From the NCBI GenBank assembly GCA_965243025.1, contig CBDETY010000003.1:4000001-4064000 (forward strand): a stretch of DNA of 64,000 nt, given 5' to 3'. Position numbers and translations under genes: made by a program. Numbering within the stretch: the stretch's first letter is position 1; each line of letters starts with the position of its first letter. Positions 1 to 8,965 of the stretch are shown piece by piece. The DNA is from Candidatus Latescibacterota bacterium. GTDB lineage: Bacteria; Latescibacterota; UBA2968; UBA8231. The notes below the pieces were generated by a model. The model was not told the DNA's origin. It saw only the letters and a program-made list of their open reading frames with translations, and ran no database searches.

Positions 1-220
1 CGTGCATGACGCAGTAGACGACGTCGAGGTCGACGGTGGCCAGCATCTCGCGGTGGTCGCTGAAGGTCCTTTCGAAGCCGTACTCGTCGACGACCAGCTT
101 CATGCGCTCCGGGTCGAGCTCGCATACGGCGACGATGTCGACGCCGTCGAGGCGGGCGAGGGCGGGGTAGTGGGCGCTGCGGGCGCGGCCGCCGGCGCCG
201 ATGAATCCTGCTTTCAGCAT
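1..220 (-). CDS. Gfo/Idh/MocA family oxidoreductase (5' part; runs off the window start)
   Basis: Manual translation of the minus strand from ATG at 220 gives MLKAGFIGAGGRARSAHYPALARLDGVDIVAVCELDPER...DLDVVYCVMH, a Rossmann GxGxxA start typical of the family. Not in the ORF track. Confidence 0.85.
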   Translation of the reverse strand, partial: MLKAGFIGAGGRARSAHYPALARLDGVDIVAVCELDPERMKLVVDEYGFERTFSDHREMLATVDLDVVYCVMH

Positions 221-477
221 GGGCGGGTCCTCTGAGGCGGGTTCGGCGGCAAAAGAACGCCAAGCCCCGGAGTGGTGGCAACGCGCGGGAGCCTGTGTAT
301 TTTCGCCCCTGTGAACGGCTTCGCCTTCCGCCGCGATTCTCGCGCGACCAGTGGAACCACCGGGTGCCCGACGCCCTGACCGGCGACGAGGCGACGCCGC
401 CCTGCCTCAGCAACAACCACCACTCGGCGAGCCGATCCCGAGGTTCAGGCCCCGCCCCCGCGAAGAAAGGAGATCCC

Positions 478-1377
478 GTGGACAACCCGACCGGCAGATG
501 GAGATGCGTCCTCGAGCTCGACGCCGCCCGCAACCTCTCCGGCGGCAGCGAGAAGGCCCTCGCCGAAGCGGTCGGCGCCGGCCAGGACCTGCGCATCTAC
601 ACCGAGTTCCGCCACAACGAGCACATCGACGTCACCTCCGACAGCGACGAACTCGTCCAGGAAGTCGCCGAATTCCGCGTCACCTACCTCGTCGACGGCC
701 GCTGGGCCGCCGGGATCATGAGCCTGCGGCAGCCGGTGGAGCTTCCTGTGGGCTTCGGGCCGCGCCCGTCGATGTCCTTCTTCCTCTACAACCAGGACGG
801 CGGCCAGGCGATAGCCCGGCCCCATCTCGACGGAGAAATCGCGCGCGGCGGACCCGGACCCTCCGAGCCTCAGTCGCCGGGTGGCATGCCGAAGTACCAC
901 GCGCAGGACAGCTGGGACACCGGCACCAACGCCCCGAGCTACAACTTCGTCTACGACTTCGACCGCTTCCGTTTCAACGTCAGCGACCGCTGGCGGCAGG
1001 TGCTCGCCCACGAGGCCGGCGGCCGCGTCACCGGGGGCTCGGTCACCGAGCTCGCCGACGCGTTCGCGCGGGGCAGCGCCGTCAAGGTCGGCATCGAGGG
1101 CGTGTGCGCCGACCTCGGCGGCGGCATGCGGCACGAGCTCTTCGTCGAAACCCACTCCTGCTACTACTACACGGACCGGCGGCTGTTCATCGCCGGCACC
1201 CAGCCGGTGATCCGGGTGCGGCCCGCTGTCCCGATGCGCTACGAGTCCGGCAACTGGGACTTCGGCTGGCTCGTCGTGCGCACCGACGGCGCCGTCGCCT
1301 TCCGTCGCTGCGACCCGTACAGCCTGGGCTTCGAGGACCGCGAGCTCAGGTGCGGGATGCGCTGGTTCGTAGCCTGA
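478..1377 (+). CDS. Hypothetical protein with an internal two-fold repeat
   Basis: GTG at 478 follows an AAGGAG RBS and the codon usage is strongly GC3-biased. WRCVLELDAARNLSGGSEKALAEAVGAG resembles the later WRQVLAHEAGGRVTGGSVTELADAFARG. Confidence 0.75.
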   Translation: MDNPTGRWRCVLELDAARNLSGGSEKALAEAVGAGQDLRIYTEFRHNEHIDVTSDSDELVQEVAEFRVTYLVDGRWAAGIMSLRQPVELPVGFGPRPSMSFFLYNQDGGQAIARPHLDGEIARGGPGPSEPQSPGGMPKYHAQDSWDTGTNAPSYNFVYDFDRFRFNVSDRWRQVLAHEAGGRVTGGSVTELADAFARGSAVKVGIEGVCADLGGGMRHELFVETHSCYYYTDRRLFIAGTQPVIRVRPAVPMRYESGNWDFGWLVVRTDGAVAFRRCDPYSLGFEDRELRCGMRWFVA

Positions 1378-1549
1378 GCTTCGACTGCTGCCTTTTGCGT
1401 TCTGCTGCCTGTGATGGCCCCCCGGGTACCCCAAAATGCCAGCCTTTCGAGCCGCTGTTTGGCGGCCCACCTGCGCAACCGCCATGCAGCACACTTCCGT
1501 CCGGGACTCGGAGGAACTTCATGACCCTGAGCGTTTCCGGGTTTCAACC

Positions 1550-1583
1550 AAAAAAGCCGCCGGGAATCGCCACCCGGCGGCTT
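1550..1583 (-). terminator. Rho-independent terminator
   Basis: Stem AAGCCGCCGGG/CCCGGCGGCTT with an A-tract on the + strand (U-tract on the minus strand), downstream of the Rpn-like gene. Confidence 0.75.
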
Positions 1584-1674
1584 ACCAACGACTGCTGCTC
1601 GAGCAGCAGGATTTCTGACTTGTCCCCTACCGCCATCAGGCGGCAATGACGCAATAGCAATTCAGTTCCCCCCC

Positions 1675-2355
1675 TTAACCGCCCTCCTGCTCCGCAGCCT
1701 CCACCAGTTTCCGGAATTCCTCCAGGCTGGCCACTTGGATCGCCGTCCGGAGCAACCGCTTGAGGCGTTGCACGTCATTGATAGCCGCAACGAGGGGGGC
1801 TGAAGTGTCCGCCGCGCCGAGACCGAACCGAATCTCCAGCACGTCGCGGATACTTTCCCGGAGCCCTTGCTCAATGCCTTCCTCTCTGGCCTGTTGGGTG
1901 AGGTATTGAGCAAAAGACGATTCGCGCAGGATATCCATGACGCCCTCCCTGGAGATAAGATCAGTAATGGTTCCCGACCCGTAAACCAACCCGCTCAGAC
2001 CGGAATCCCTTCTGCCGGCATTGGGGCGCAGGTAGAGGACGCTGGAAAAAACCGGCAGGCCATGGCGTTCAATGGCGCGCCCGATATAGCCGGCCATGCG
2101 TCTCGGCATAGGGACCAGGGTGCTGTCGGTGGTTTGAAATTCCGTGTGGACCAAAACCTCCTCCCCGTCAATACGTACGCGAAGGGTGCTATCGGTTCGA
2201 GAGGTTTGCGGAGTGGGCTGCTCGTTGTCGAGCAGTTCCAGGACTTCGACGTCGTCTCGACCGAGAGTGAAACGAGCGAAATCTCCGGGATAGGTCTGAA
2301 CCAGGTATTTGGAGATGGTGTCGAAGTCTGCCATCCGGTCCTTCGGCTTTGGCAT
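1675..2355 (-). CDS. Rpn/YhgA-like PD-(D/E)XK nuclease (putative transposase family), probably internally deleted
   Basis: Motifs FDTISKYLVQTYP, RTDSTL...LVHTEFQT...MPRRMAGY and VLYLRP, plus the C-terminal RESSFAQYL..AREEGIEQG...LEIRFG...LKRLLRTAIQVASLEEF tail. Confidence 0.75.
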   Translation of the reverse strand: MPKPKDRMADFDTISKYLVQTYPGDFARFTLGRDDVEVLELLDNEQPTPQTSRTDSTLRVRIDGEEVLVHTEFQTTDSTLVPMPRRMAGYIGRAIERHGLPVFSSVLYLRPNAGRRDSGLSGLVYGSGTITDLISREGVMDILRESSFAQYLTQQAREEGIEQGLRESIRDVLEIRFGLGAADTSAPLVAAINDVQRLKRLLRTAIQVASLEEFRKLVEAAEQEGG

Positions 2356-2601
2356 GACCTGATACATGCGGCCAACATGTTGGCCAGGGTGGCGGGTTTC
2401 GTGATGCTTCCACAATCAAACCCCCTGAATACATGACGGGGCAGGAAGGTGAATGGATAACAGTCCTGCCCGATACACGCCTCGCCCTGCGGTCCCGACC
2501 GGGTTCTGTCCCATGGCATTCGCAGCCGCCGGAGGACTTCCCGAAATTCCCGAAAGGGATCGCTCCCCTCTTCCACCTCATCGCACCTCACCACGGACTC
2601 C

Positions 2602-3540
2602 ATGGCTGAACAACGATCGCATACCGACGACTCCTTCCCGGCGATGACCCCGGCGCAGCGGCTGTACTTCGAGGTCAACGGCTACGTCGTCATCGAGAAC
2701 ACCCTTTCGGCGGCCGAGTGCGAGGAGCTGCTGGACGCCCTGGAGGAGCTGCGCGCCCGCTTCGGGGCCGAGGAGAACCCCGCCGAAGCGGTGATCGACG
2801 GCGCCCTCGCCGAGACCTGGAAACCGCCGCACTACTTCTGCTGGGGCCACCTCCTCCAGGCGCACCCGGCGTTCTGCCGCTACCTCACCCACCCCCGGCT
2901 CGTCGCCCTCGTCGAGGAGGTGATCGGCGGCAAGGTGCGGCTCGACGAGTCCGCGGCCATCGTCAACCGCCGCCTCCCGGACTTCGACCCCCGGGTCCGG
3001 TTCCGCTACCAGTGGCATCGCGGCGGCCAGCCCGGCTTCGACAGCTACACCTACGGCGGTCTCTACCACTGCACCTTCGTCAAGACCCTGACCAACCTCA
3101 GGGACCTCGGCCCGGAGGACGGGGGCACCGCCGTCATCGCCGGCAGCCACAAGCTCAACTGCAGCGAGGACGACATGGTCGGAGCCGCGTACGACGATCC
3201 CGCCCTCGTCCACCAGGTGGCGGCCCCGGCCGGGTCGACCCTCGTGATGTGCGAAACCCTGATCCACGCCACCGGGCAGAACCGGGGGGAGAAGGAGCGC
3301 GCCATCATCATCGGCGGGTACTCGCATCCCAAGGACATGGCGATGGCCGGGTGGGAGCCGACCCCGGAGTTCCTCGATGCCCAGCCCGAAGAGGTCAGGG
3401 AGCTGCTTGCCGGCCGCCCGTTCTGGACCTGGCCGGAACGCCACCGCAGGCTCGGCACCCCTGCCGGCGCCGGCGGCGCCTACAAACCGCGCATGTGGTC
3501 GGTCTCCCACAGCGACAGCCGCTGGAACGAACCCTCCTGA
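2602..3540 (+). CDS. Phytanoyl-CoA dioxygenase (PhyH) family Fe(II)/2OG enzyme with an HxG motif
   Basis: YFEVNGYVVIEN, WHRGG, GGTAVIAGSHK, APAGS..MCETLIHATG, ERA. Confidence 0.85.
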   Translation: MAEQRSHTDDSFPAMTPAQRLYFEVNGYVVIENTLSAAECEELLDALEELRARFGAEENPAEAVIDGALAETWKPPHYFCWGHLLQAHPAFCRYLTHPRLVALVEEVIGGKVRLDESAAIVNRRLPDFDPRVRFRYQWHRGGQPGFDSYTYGGLYHCTFVKTLTNLRDLGPEDGGTAVIAGSHKLNCSEDDMVGAAYDDPALVHQVAAPAGSTLVMCETLIHATGQNRGEKERAIIIGGYSHPKDMAMAGWEPTPEFLDAQPEEVRELLAGRPFWTWPERHRRLGTPAGAGGAYKPRMWSVSHSDSRWNEPS

Positions 3541-3576
3541 AGCGGTCGACAGCGCTGCCCACCGCCTGGACGGTGC

Positions 3577-6243
3577 TCAGGGAGCCAGGTACAGACTGCC
3601 GACCCCGTCGACGTCGTAGCTCTGTCCCTTGGTCGGCCTCCACATGATCCACCACTGGCCGCTTATCCGCCTCACCGTGAGGTTGAAGCGGATGCGTTCG
3701 CCGGGCGAGATCCCGAGGTTGGCCAGGGGCACCACCCACTCGGCGCTCCACCGGCCGTCTCCGACGCGCGCCCCGTACCTCACCCCGCTGGCCAGCCGTT
3801 GCCTCGCCTCCTCGCCCGCCCCCGTCTCGTCCGTGGTCTCCCAGGTCCCTTCGGTGTAGCCGCGCAGCACCTGCGTTTCGGCGAAGAGGTCGTCGGCAGC
3901 CTTGAAGGCGAGCTCGACCCCGTCGCTGCCCCCCCAGACAGTCCCGAGATCGCGGGTCTCGGGGAGCCCGGTGACCAGGCCCACTCTGAGGGCGCTGCCG
4001 TCATGGGTCAGCCACGCCCGCGCCGCCGGCTCGACGAGCGCTCCCGAAACGTGCGCTTCGAGGACCATGGCGGCCTCCGGCGAAAGGCCGGCCCACTCCT
4101 CCGGCTGCAGCTCGCCGTCCACGGTTATCCCGGCGGATGAGCGCGACACGGTGAACACCGGGTCCGGTGGCAGGTCGGCCTGCGGGACCGGCTCGGGAAA
4201 CTGCACCGGCCTCACCTCGTGGACCACCGGCCAGCTGGCGCGGCGCTCGTCCTCGTACAGCCCCATCCGCGCCAGCGGCAGGGGCTCGAAGCCTATCTCC
4301 GAGACCGCCTCGGGGTCCCGGAACTCCAGCCTGACCGGGCGGCCCCGGTCGTCCTTGACGAGGCGGACCCATTCCGGGTCGCCGTCGAAGGCGAGGTTGT
4401 CCTGGATGGTCTGGAACTTCCTGGTGGCGTTGTTGATGTCGTCCCAGATGCCGCCGGCGCTGATGTTGCGGCGGATCAGGTTGCGCTGCGGCACCCCCAG
4501 CATGTCGTCGAGAATCCCCGGCAGGGTCGGGTAGCGCCGCGCCCAGACATCGCTCTTGTACGGCACCGCTCGCAGCCCCTTGTGGAAGGTCCAGGAGGTG
4601 TCCTGGACCATCCCCTTCTGCCAGCCCATGCCGCGGTTGTCGAGATGGACCGCCGTCCAGCAGTCGATGAAGACGTTGTTGGTCACCGAATTGTCGACGC
4701 CGCCGCCGATGAAGACGGCGTTGGTCACGCTCTCGAAGAGGTTGCCGTGGATGTGGTGGCCGCTTTGCTGGTCGTCGAGGTAGATCGTCATGCCCCCGTG
4801 CCCGTCGGCCCCGAGAATCTGGTGCCAGTAGTTGTAGCTCAGCACCGTGCCGCGCTGGGTGAAGTCGCGGCCGACGTAGAAGGCGCCGGCATCGCGGCTT
4901 TCGTACACGACGTTGTGTATCTCGTTGTACTCGACGACGTGGTCGTTGCCCGCCGCCGCCAGCGCCATGTGGGGGCCGTCGTGAATCAGGTTGTGGGAGA
5001 TGCGCGCGCCCACCCCCCAGGTGCTGATGGCGGACTGGTAGGTGCGCTTCCGCCGCGCGTAGTGGTGGACGTGGTTGTTCTCGGCGCGGTGGCCGGACGG
5101 GGTCAGGGTGGCGCGGTCCCCGCCGTTCAGGAAGATGCCGCCGGTGCCGGTGAAGTAGACGTCGCAGCCGTAGACCTCGTGGTTCGAGCCGCCGTCCACC
5201 TGCACCGCCCGCCCCCCGACGTTGCGGATCGTGCAGCCCACCACCTTGCAGCCGGCTCCGCCCTCGATGGCGATCGCCGTTCCCCGCGAGGCTTCGAAGG
5301 CGATGCCCCGGAAGGTCACGTGCCGCAGATCCACCGCCCGCACCAGTCCGTCGGAACGGGACAGGACCGCCTCTCCCGACGGGGAGGGCGGCCAGAAGTA
5401 GAGCAGGCCGCTGCCGCGGTCGATGTAGTACTCCCCCGGGCGGTCGATCTCCCCGAGCAGGTTGAACGCGTACCACCGCGCCTTTCCCGGGGCGATGCCG
5501 TAGCTCGGCGTGATATCGGTTGAACGCAGCAGCACCCGGTGCGCCGGCTCCAGGCCGGCGATCGGCTCGTACAGCTCGGCCCAGTCGTAGCGCCAGTAGG
5601 CGAGGATCCACGGCTCCGCCTCCCCGACCCAGCGCCCGAGCCGGTCGCTGTCGACGGTGACGCGCTCCTCCCCCTCGACCTCGTGAATGCCGCGGAACCC
5701 CTCGTTCGGCCAGCGCGCCAGGGTCATCGGCTCGTCGTTCCAGAACAGCTCCGCCTCGGCCCAGCCGTACTCCTCCCGGGGGATGCCCGAGGCGGATCCC
5801 CTCCGGCCGAGGCGGCCGTAGTCGTCGATCCCCCGGGCGCGCAGGTCGGCCACGAGCACGTGGGGGCGCGCCTCTTCGGGCAGACGGGCGAGGACGTCCT
5901 CGTCCGTGACCGGGCGCCATCCGCCGACCGGCTGCCCCCCGCTGAAGCGCACCCCGGCCCCGGGAAGCGCCCGGTAGGTCACGGGAGCCGCTTCGGTTCC
6001 CGAGTCTTCGGCGGAGAAAACGGCCGGCTCCGCGAACCGGTAGGTCCCCCCGGCGAACCAGACGGTCAGCGGTGTCTCCGGGGTTTTGTGCCGGCGCACG
6101 CGGTCCCGGGCACCTTCGAGGGTCGCCAGCGGTTGCGCCCGCGTCCCGGGGGCGCCGTCGTCCCCCTGCGGGGATACATGGAAATCGGTCTCGGCGAAGC
6201 CGAGGGAGGCGGTTGCGGCGGCGGCCATGGCGATTCTCCTCAT
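3577..6243 (-). CDS. Secreted right-handed beta-helix protein (GH141/pectate-lyase-like) with a C-terminal CBM9-like domain
   Basis: Signal peptide, FHVSPQGDD..GT...PLATLEGARD, LARWPN, repeated NHVHH/HNLIHD/YNEIHN, IYLDD; C-terminal ITVDGEL..EW...WSAEWVVPL. Confidence 0.8.
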   Translation of the reverse strand: MRRIAMAAAATASLGFAETDFHVSPQGDDGAPGTRAQPLATLEGARDRVRRHKTPETPLTVWFAGGTYRFAEPAVFSAEDSGTEAAPVTYRALPGAGVRFSGGQPVGGWRPVTDEDVLARLPEEARPHVLVADLRARGIDDYGRLGRRGSASGIPREEYGWAEAELFWNDEPMTLARWPNEGFRGIHEVEGEERVTVDSDRLGRWVGEAEPWILAYWRYDWAELYEPIAGLEPAHRVLLRSTDITPSYGIAPGKARWYAFNLLGEIDRPGEYYIDRGSGLLYFWPPSPSGEAVLSRSDGLVRAVDLRHVTFRGIAFEASRGTAIAIEGGAGCKVVGCTIRNVGGRAVQVDGGSNHEVYGCDVYFTGTGGIFLNGGDRATLTPSGHRAENNHVHHYARRKRTYQSAISTWGVGARISHNLIHDGPHMALAAAGNDHVVEYNEIHNVVYESRDAGAFYVGRDFTQRGTVLSYNYWHQILGADGHGGMTIYLDDQQSGHHIHGNLFESVTNAVFIGGGVDNSVTNNVFIDCWTAVHLDNRGMGWQKGMVQDTSWTFHKGLRAVPYKSDVWARRYPTLPGILDDMLGVPQRNLIRRNISAGGIWDDINNATRKFQTIQDNLAFDGDPEWVRLVKDDRGRPVRLEFRDPEAVSEIGFEPLPLARMGLYEDERRASWPVVHEVRPVQFPEPVPQADLPPDPVFTVSRSSAGITVDGELQPEEWAGLSPEAAMVLEAHVSGALVEPAARAWLTHDGSALRVGLVTGLPETRDLGTVWGGSDGVELAFKAADDLFAETQVLRGYTEGTWETTDETGAGEEARQRLASGVRYGARVGDGRWSAEWVVPLANLGISPGERIRFNLTVRRISGQWWIMWRPTKGQSYDVDGVGSLYLAP

Positions 6244-6304
6244 GTCCGAACGGTTCTTTCTGCCGGGGCGGTTTCTGTTGCCTGCCCCGGCCGGTAGCGC
6301 GGCT

Positions 6305-7288
6305 TCAGGCGTTGACGTCGACGACGACCCGGCCCCGGACCTTGCCGTCGAGGATCTCCCGTCCCAGCCGCGGCAGGTCGTCGAGACCCGCCAGGGTGCA
6401 GATCGAGTCGATGCCCTCCGCCGGCAGCACGTCGGCCAGCCGCTGCCACGCGGCATAGCGGCGCTCCCCGGGATAGGTCACCGAGTCGATGCCGAGGAGG
6501 TTGACTCCGCGCAGCAGGAAGGGGATCACCGTGGTTTCGAGCTTGCTGCCGCCGGCCAGGCCGACCGCGGCAACCGAGCCGCCGTGATCCATCTGCGCCA
6601 GCACCCGGGCCAGGGTGGTCCCCCCCACCGAGTCGATGCAGCCGGCCCAGCGGGCGCTTTCGAGAGGTTTGCCGGTGGTCTCTGACAGTTCCGACCGCGG
6701 CACGACCTTCGCCGCCCCGAGACCTTCGAGATATTCCGCCAGCTCGGCACGGCCGGTCGAGGCGGCCACCTCGTACCCGAGGGCGGACAGCAGCAGCACC
6801 GAGAAGGAACCGACCCCACCGGCGGCCCCGGTTACCAGCACCTCCCCCTGTCCCGGCGCCAGGCCGTGGGCCTCCAGCGCCTCAAGCGAGATGGCCGCGG
6901 TGAGCCCGGCCGAACCGAGGCCCATCGCGGCGCGCGCCGACAGGCCCGGCGGCAGCTTCACCGGCCATGCGGCCCGCAGCCGCGCCCGCTGCGCGTACCC
7001 TCCCCAGTACAGCTCGCCGACGCGGTACCCGGTCGAGACCACGGCGTCCCCGGGCGCGAAGCCGGGGTCGGAGCTGGCCCTCACCGTGCCGGCCAGGTCG
7101 ATGCCGGGCACGTGCGGGTACTCCTTGACCAGGCCGCCGAGCCCGTTGAGGACGAGGCCGTCCTTGTAGTTGAGGGAGGAGTATTCGACCGCGACCTCGA
7201 CTTCCCCCTCGGGGAGCTGGTCTTCTCCGACTTCTTCGACCGACGCGGAGATCTCGCCGTCTTTCCGGCGCAGCAGGAGTGCTTTCAT
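6305..7288 (-). CDS. acuI: Acryloyl-CoA reductase, YhdH/YhfP-type MDR oxidoreductase
   Basis: YSSLNYKD, PHVPGID, GGYAQRAR, VLVTGAAGGVGS, TTVIPFLLRGVNLLGIDS. Confidence 0.85.
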   Translation of the reverse strand: MKALLLRRKDGEISASVEEVGEDQLPEGEVEVAVEYSSLNYKDGLVLNGLGGLVKEYPHVPGIDLAGTVRASSDPGFAPGDAVVSTGYRVGELYWGGYAQRARLRAAWPVKLPPGLSARAAMGLGSAGLTAAISLEALEAHGLAPGQGEVLVTGAAGGVGSFSVLLLSALGYEVAASTGRAELAEYLEGLGAAKVVPRSELSETTGKPLESARWAGCIDSVGGTTLARVLAQMDHGGSVAAVGLAGGSKLETTVIPFLLRGVNLLGIDSVTYPGERRYAAWQRLADVLPAEGIDSICTLAGLDDLPRLGREILDGKVRGRVVVDVNA

Positions 7289-7376
7289 GAGTCTCGATTC
7301 CGGTTTGCAGCGGCCGCCGGCAACTCCCGGGAGGGGCGCCGGGCACGCTGGCATGGGGCTGTCACGGACATGGGGG

Positions 7377-8174
7377 TCAGCAGATCCGGACGGTGCTTCC
7401 AGCCCCCTTGACCCTGGATATGCTTGACTGGATGGAGCTGAGGACCACCTGCGAGCTGACCCCCGTCATCGGGCTGGAGCGCCTCAGGCTCATCTCGACG
7501 TCCCGGCCGCGCGCCTGCAGGTGGATGGACGACTTTTCGAGGTCGGGGTCGGCGATGAACAGGGAGCGGGTGCGGTCGAAGCCGATGCCGGCCAGGGCCA
7601 CGGCCGCGTGCGAGTTGACGTTGCGGGGGAACAGCGGGCAGATGCCGCGGGTCGGGCCGTCGTAGAGCACGGTTGCTCCCTCCTTCTGCCCCCGGGCGGA
7701 CTCCGGCAGGGAGCCGCGGTCGACGCTGCCGGCCGGCTTCTTCATCGTGAACGTCACCTCCTCCCAGGAGTCGCGCCCCTCCTCCAGCGCCTCGAGGCCG
7801 ACGGCGGTTCCGTGCGGGATGTAGAGGGAAGTCCCGTTCCTGCCTGCAGTGCAGACCAGCTTCTCCTCGAGACCGGGGTCGGCCAGGGCGGTGAGCGACA
7901 GCGGCATGTAGTCGGTGGCCTCGAGGATGGCGGCGCCGTGATCGCGGGACACCGAAGGGTGGGCCACCTCGACCACCAGGTCCGCCCGGAAGCGGGCGAA
8001 GCCGGCGAGGTCGGCGAGCCTGAGGTGCGGGGGGATCTCCGCCAGCCTGGCGGGGTCGATGTCGTTGACGAACGCCACCTCCAGGCCGAGCCCGGGATTG
8101 CCGGCCACGTGGCGGTACACGGCGCTGCCGATGTAGCCGCACCCGACGATCCCGATCCGCGCGCTGCCGTTCAC
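7377..8174 (-). CDS. Aspartate dehydrogenase (NadX/DUF108) family protein
   Basis: IGIVGCGYIG, DLVVEVAHP, LYIPHG, LYDGPTRGICPLFPRNVNSHA. The GTG start overlaps the upstream TGA. Confidence 0.8.
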   Translation of the reverse strand: MNGSARIGIVGCGYIGSAVYRHVAGNPGLGLEVAFVNDIDPARLAEIPPHLRLADLAGFARFRADLVVEVAHPSVSRDHGAAILEATDYMPLSLTALADPGLEEKLVCTAGRNGTSLYIPHGTAVGLEALEEGRDSWEEVTFTMKKPAGSVDRGSLPESARGQKEGATVLYDGPTRGICPLFPRNVNSHAAVALAGIGFDRTRSLFIADPDLEKSSIHLQARGRDVEMSLRRSSPMTGVSSQVVLSSIQSSISRVKGAGSTVRIC

Positions 8175-8767
8175 CGGTCCTGCTGCGGCCGGTCGCACGC
8201 CTCGCACAGGAAAGCGGGCCTCGCCTCGCCCCCGAACGAGAGCGGGTTTTCGAAATCCCTGCGCACCGGCAGGTCCGGTTCGCCGCAGAAGTCGCACCTG
8301 CCGCGCTCGCTGTACCGCGGTCCGGCCATGGCCCGGTCCTGCACCTTTTCGAGGAACTGCTCGCGCTCGCGCAGGGGGCGCGCGAACTCCTCGATCAAAA
8401 CCCGCACCCCCTTGTCGGTTTCGCTCTCGACGGCGCGCTTCAGGATGGCGTCCAGGCGCGCATCCCCCCTGGGATAGCCGCCGTCCTCGAGCGTATGCCA
8501 CGCCGCCCTGCGAACCCTGGCGTCACGATCCTCCATGAGGCGGTAGAGGGCATCCTGGACCTCCTCGATACGGGTGCGCACGTGGCAGGGACAGAGGTTG
8601 TCGGCGGCGACGAACCGCTCCTCGGGGTCGCGGCTGCGGGACATCACCAGCAGCTCCTCGATCTCCTCCCGGCCGGCGCGGTGTTCCCCCCGGCGCAGCG
8701 CTTCCTTCCGGGAGCGGAAATACCGGCCCCTGTCGGTGCGCCTGTTCCCGATCTTCTGTTTCCTCAT
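8171..8767 (-). CDS. HEAT-repeat protein with a C-terminal CxxC..CxxC zinc ribbon
   Basis: DPEERFVAADNLCPCH, DRDARVRRAAWHTL; RCDFCG...LCEAC. Confidence 0.7.
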   Translation of the reverse strand: MRKQKIGNRRTDRGRYFRSRKEALRRGEHRAGREEIEELLVMSRSRDPEERFVAADNLCPCHVRTRIEEVQDALYRLMEDRDARVRRAAWHTLEDGGYPRGDARLDAILKRAVESETDKGVRVLIEEFARPLREREQFLEKVQDRAMAGPRYSERGRCDFCGEPDLPVRRDFENPLSFGGEARPAFLCEACDRPQQDR

Positions 8768-8965
8768 GCCGGTTCCCCCCATGCAAGTCGGGTTTGATTC
8801 CGCCGGTGCCCTGACCCAGGTTTTCCGGGCCGGCCGCGCCCGGCCGCCGATCTCTCGCCGATCTCTCCAAGTAAGGAAAAGGTACGTGTCAACCCTGCCA
8901 ATTCCCTTTCAAAAAACCGGATCGCCGCCGCTCGAAGCCGGCGACCGCAACCGGACGAAGCGACC

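Noticed and set aside
2365-2475. Palindrome GGCCAACATGTTGGCC and hairpin GGGCAGGA/TCCTGCCC as transposon ends for the Rpn-like gene
   Set aside because: No matching element end or target duplication on the other side of the gene.
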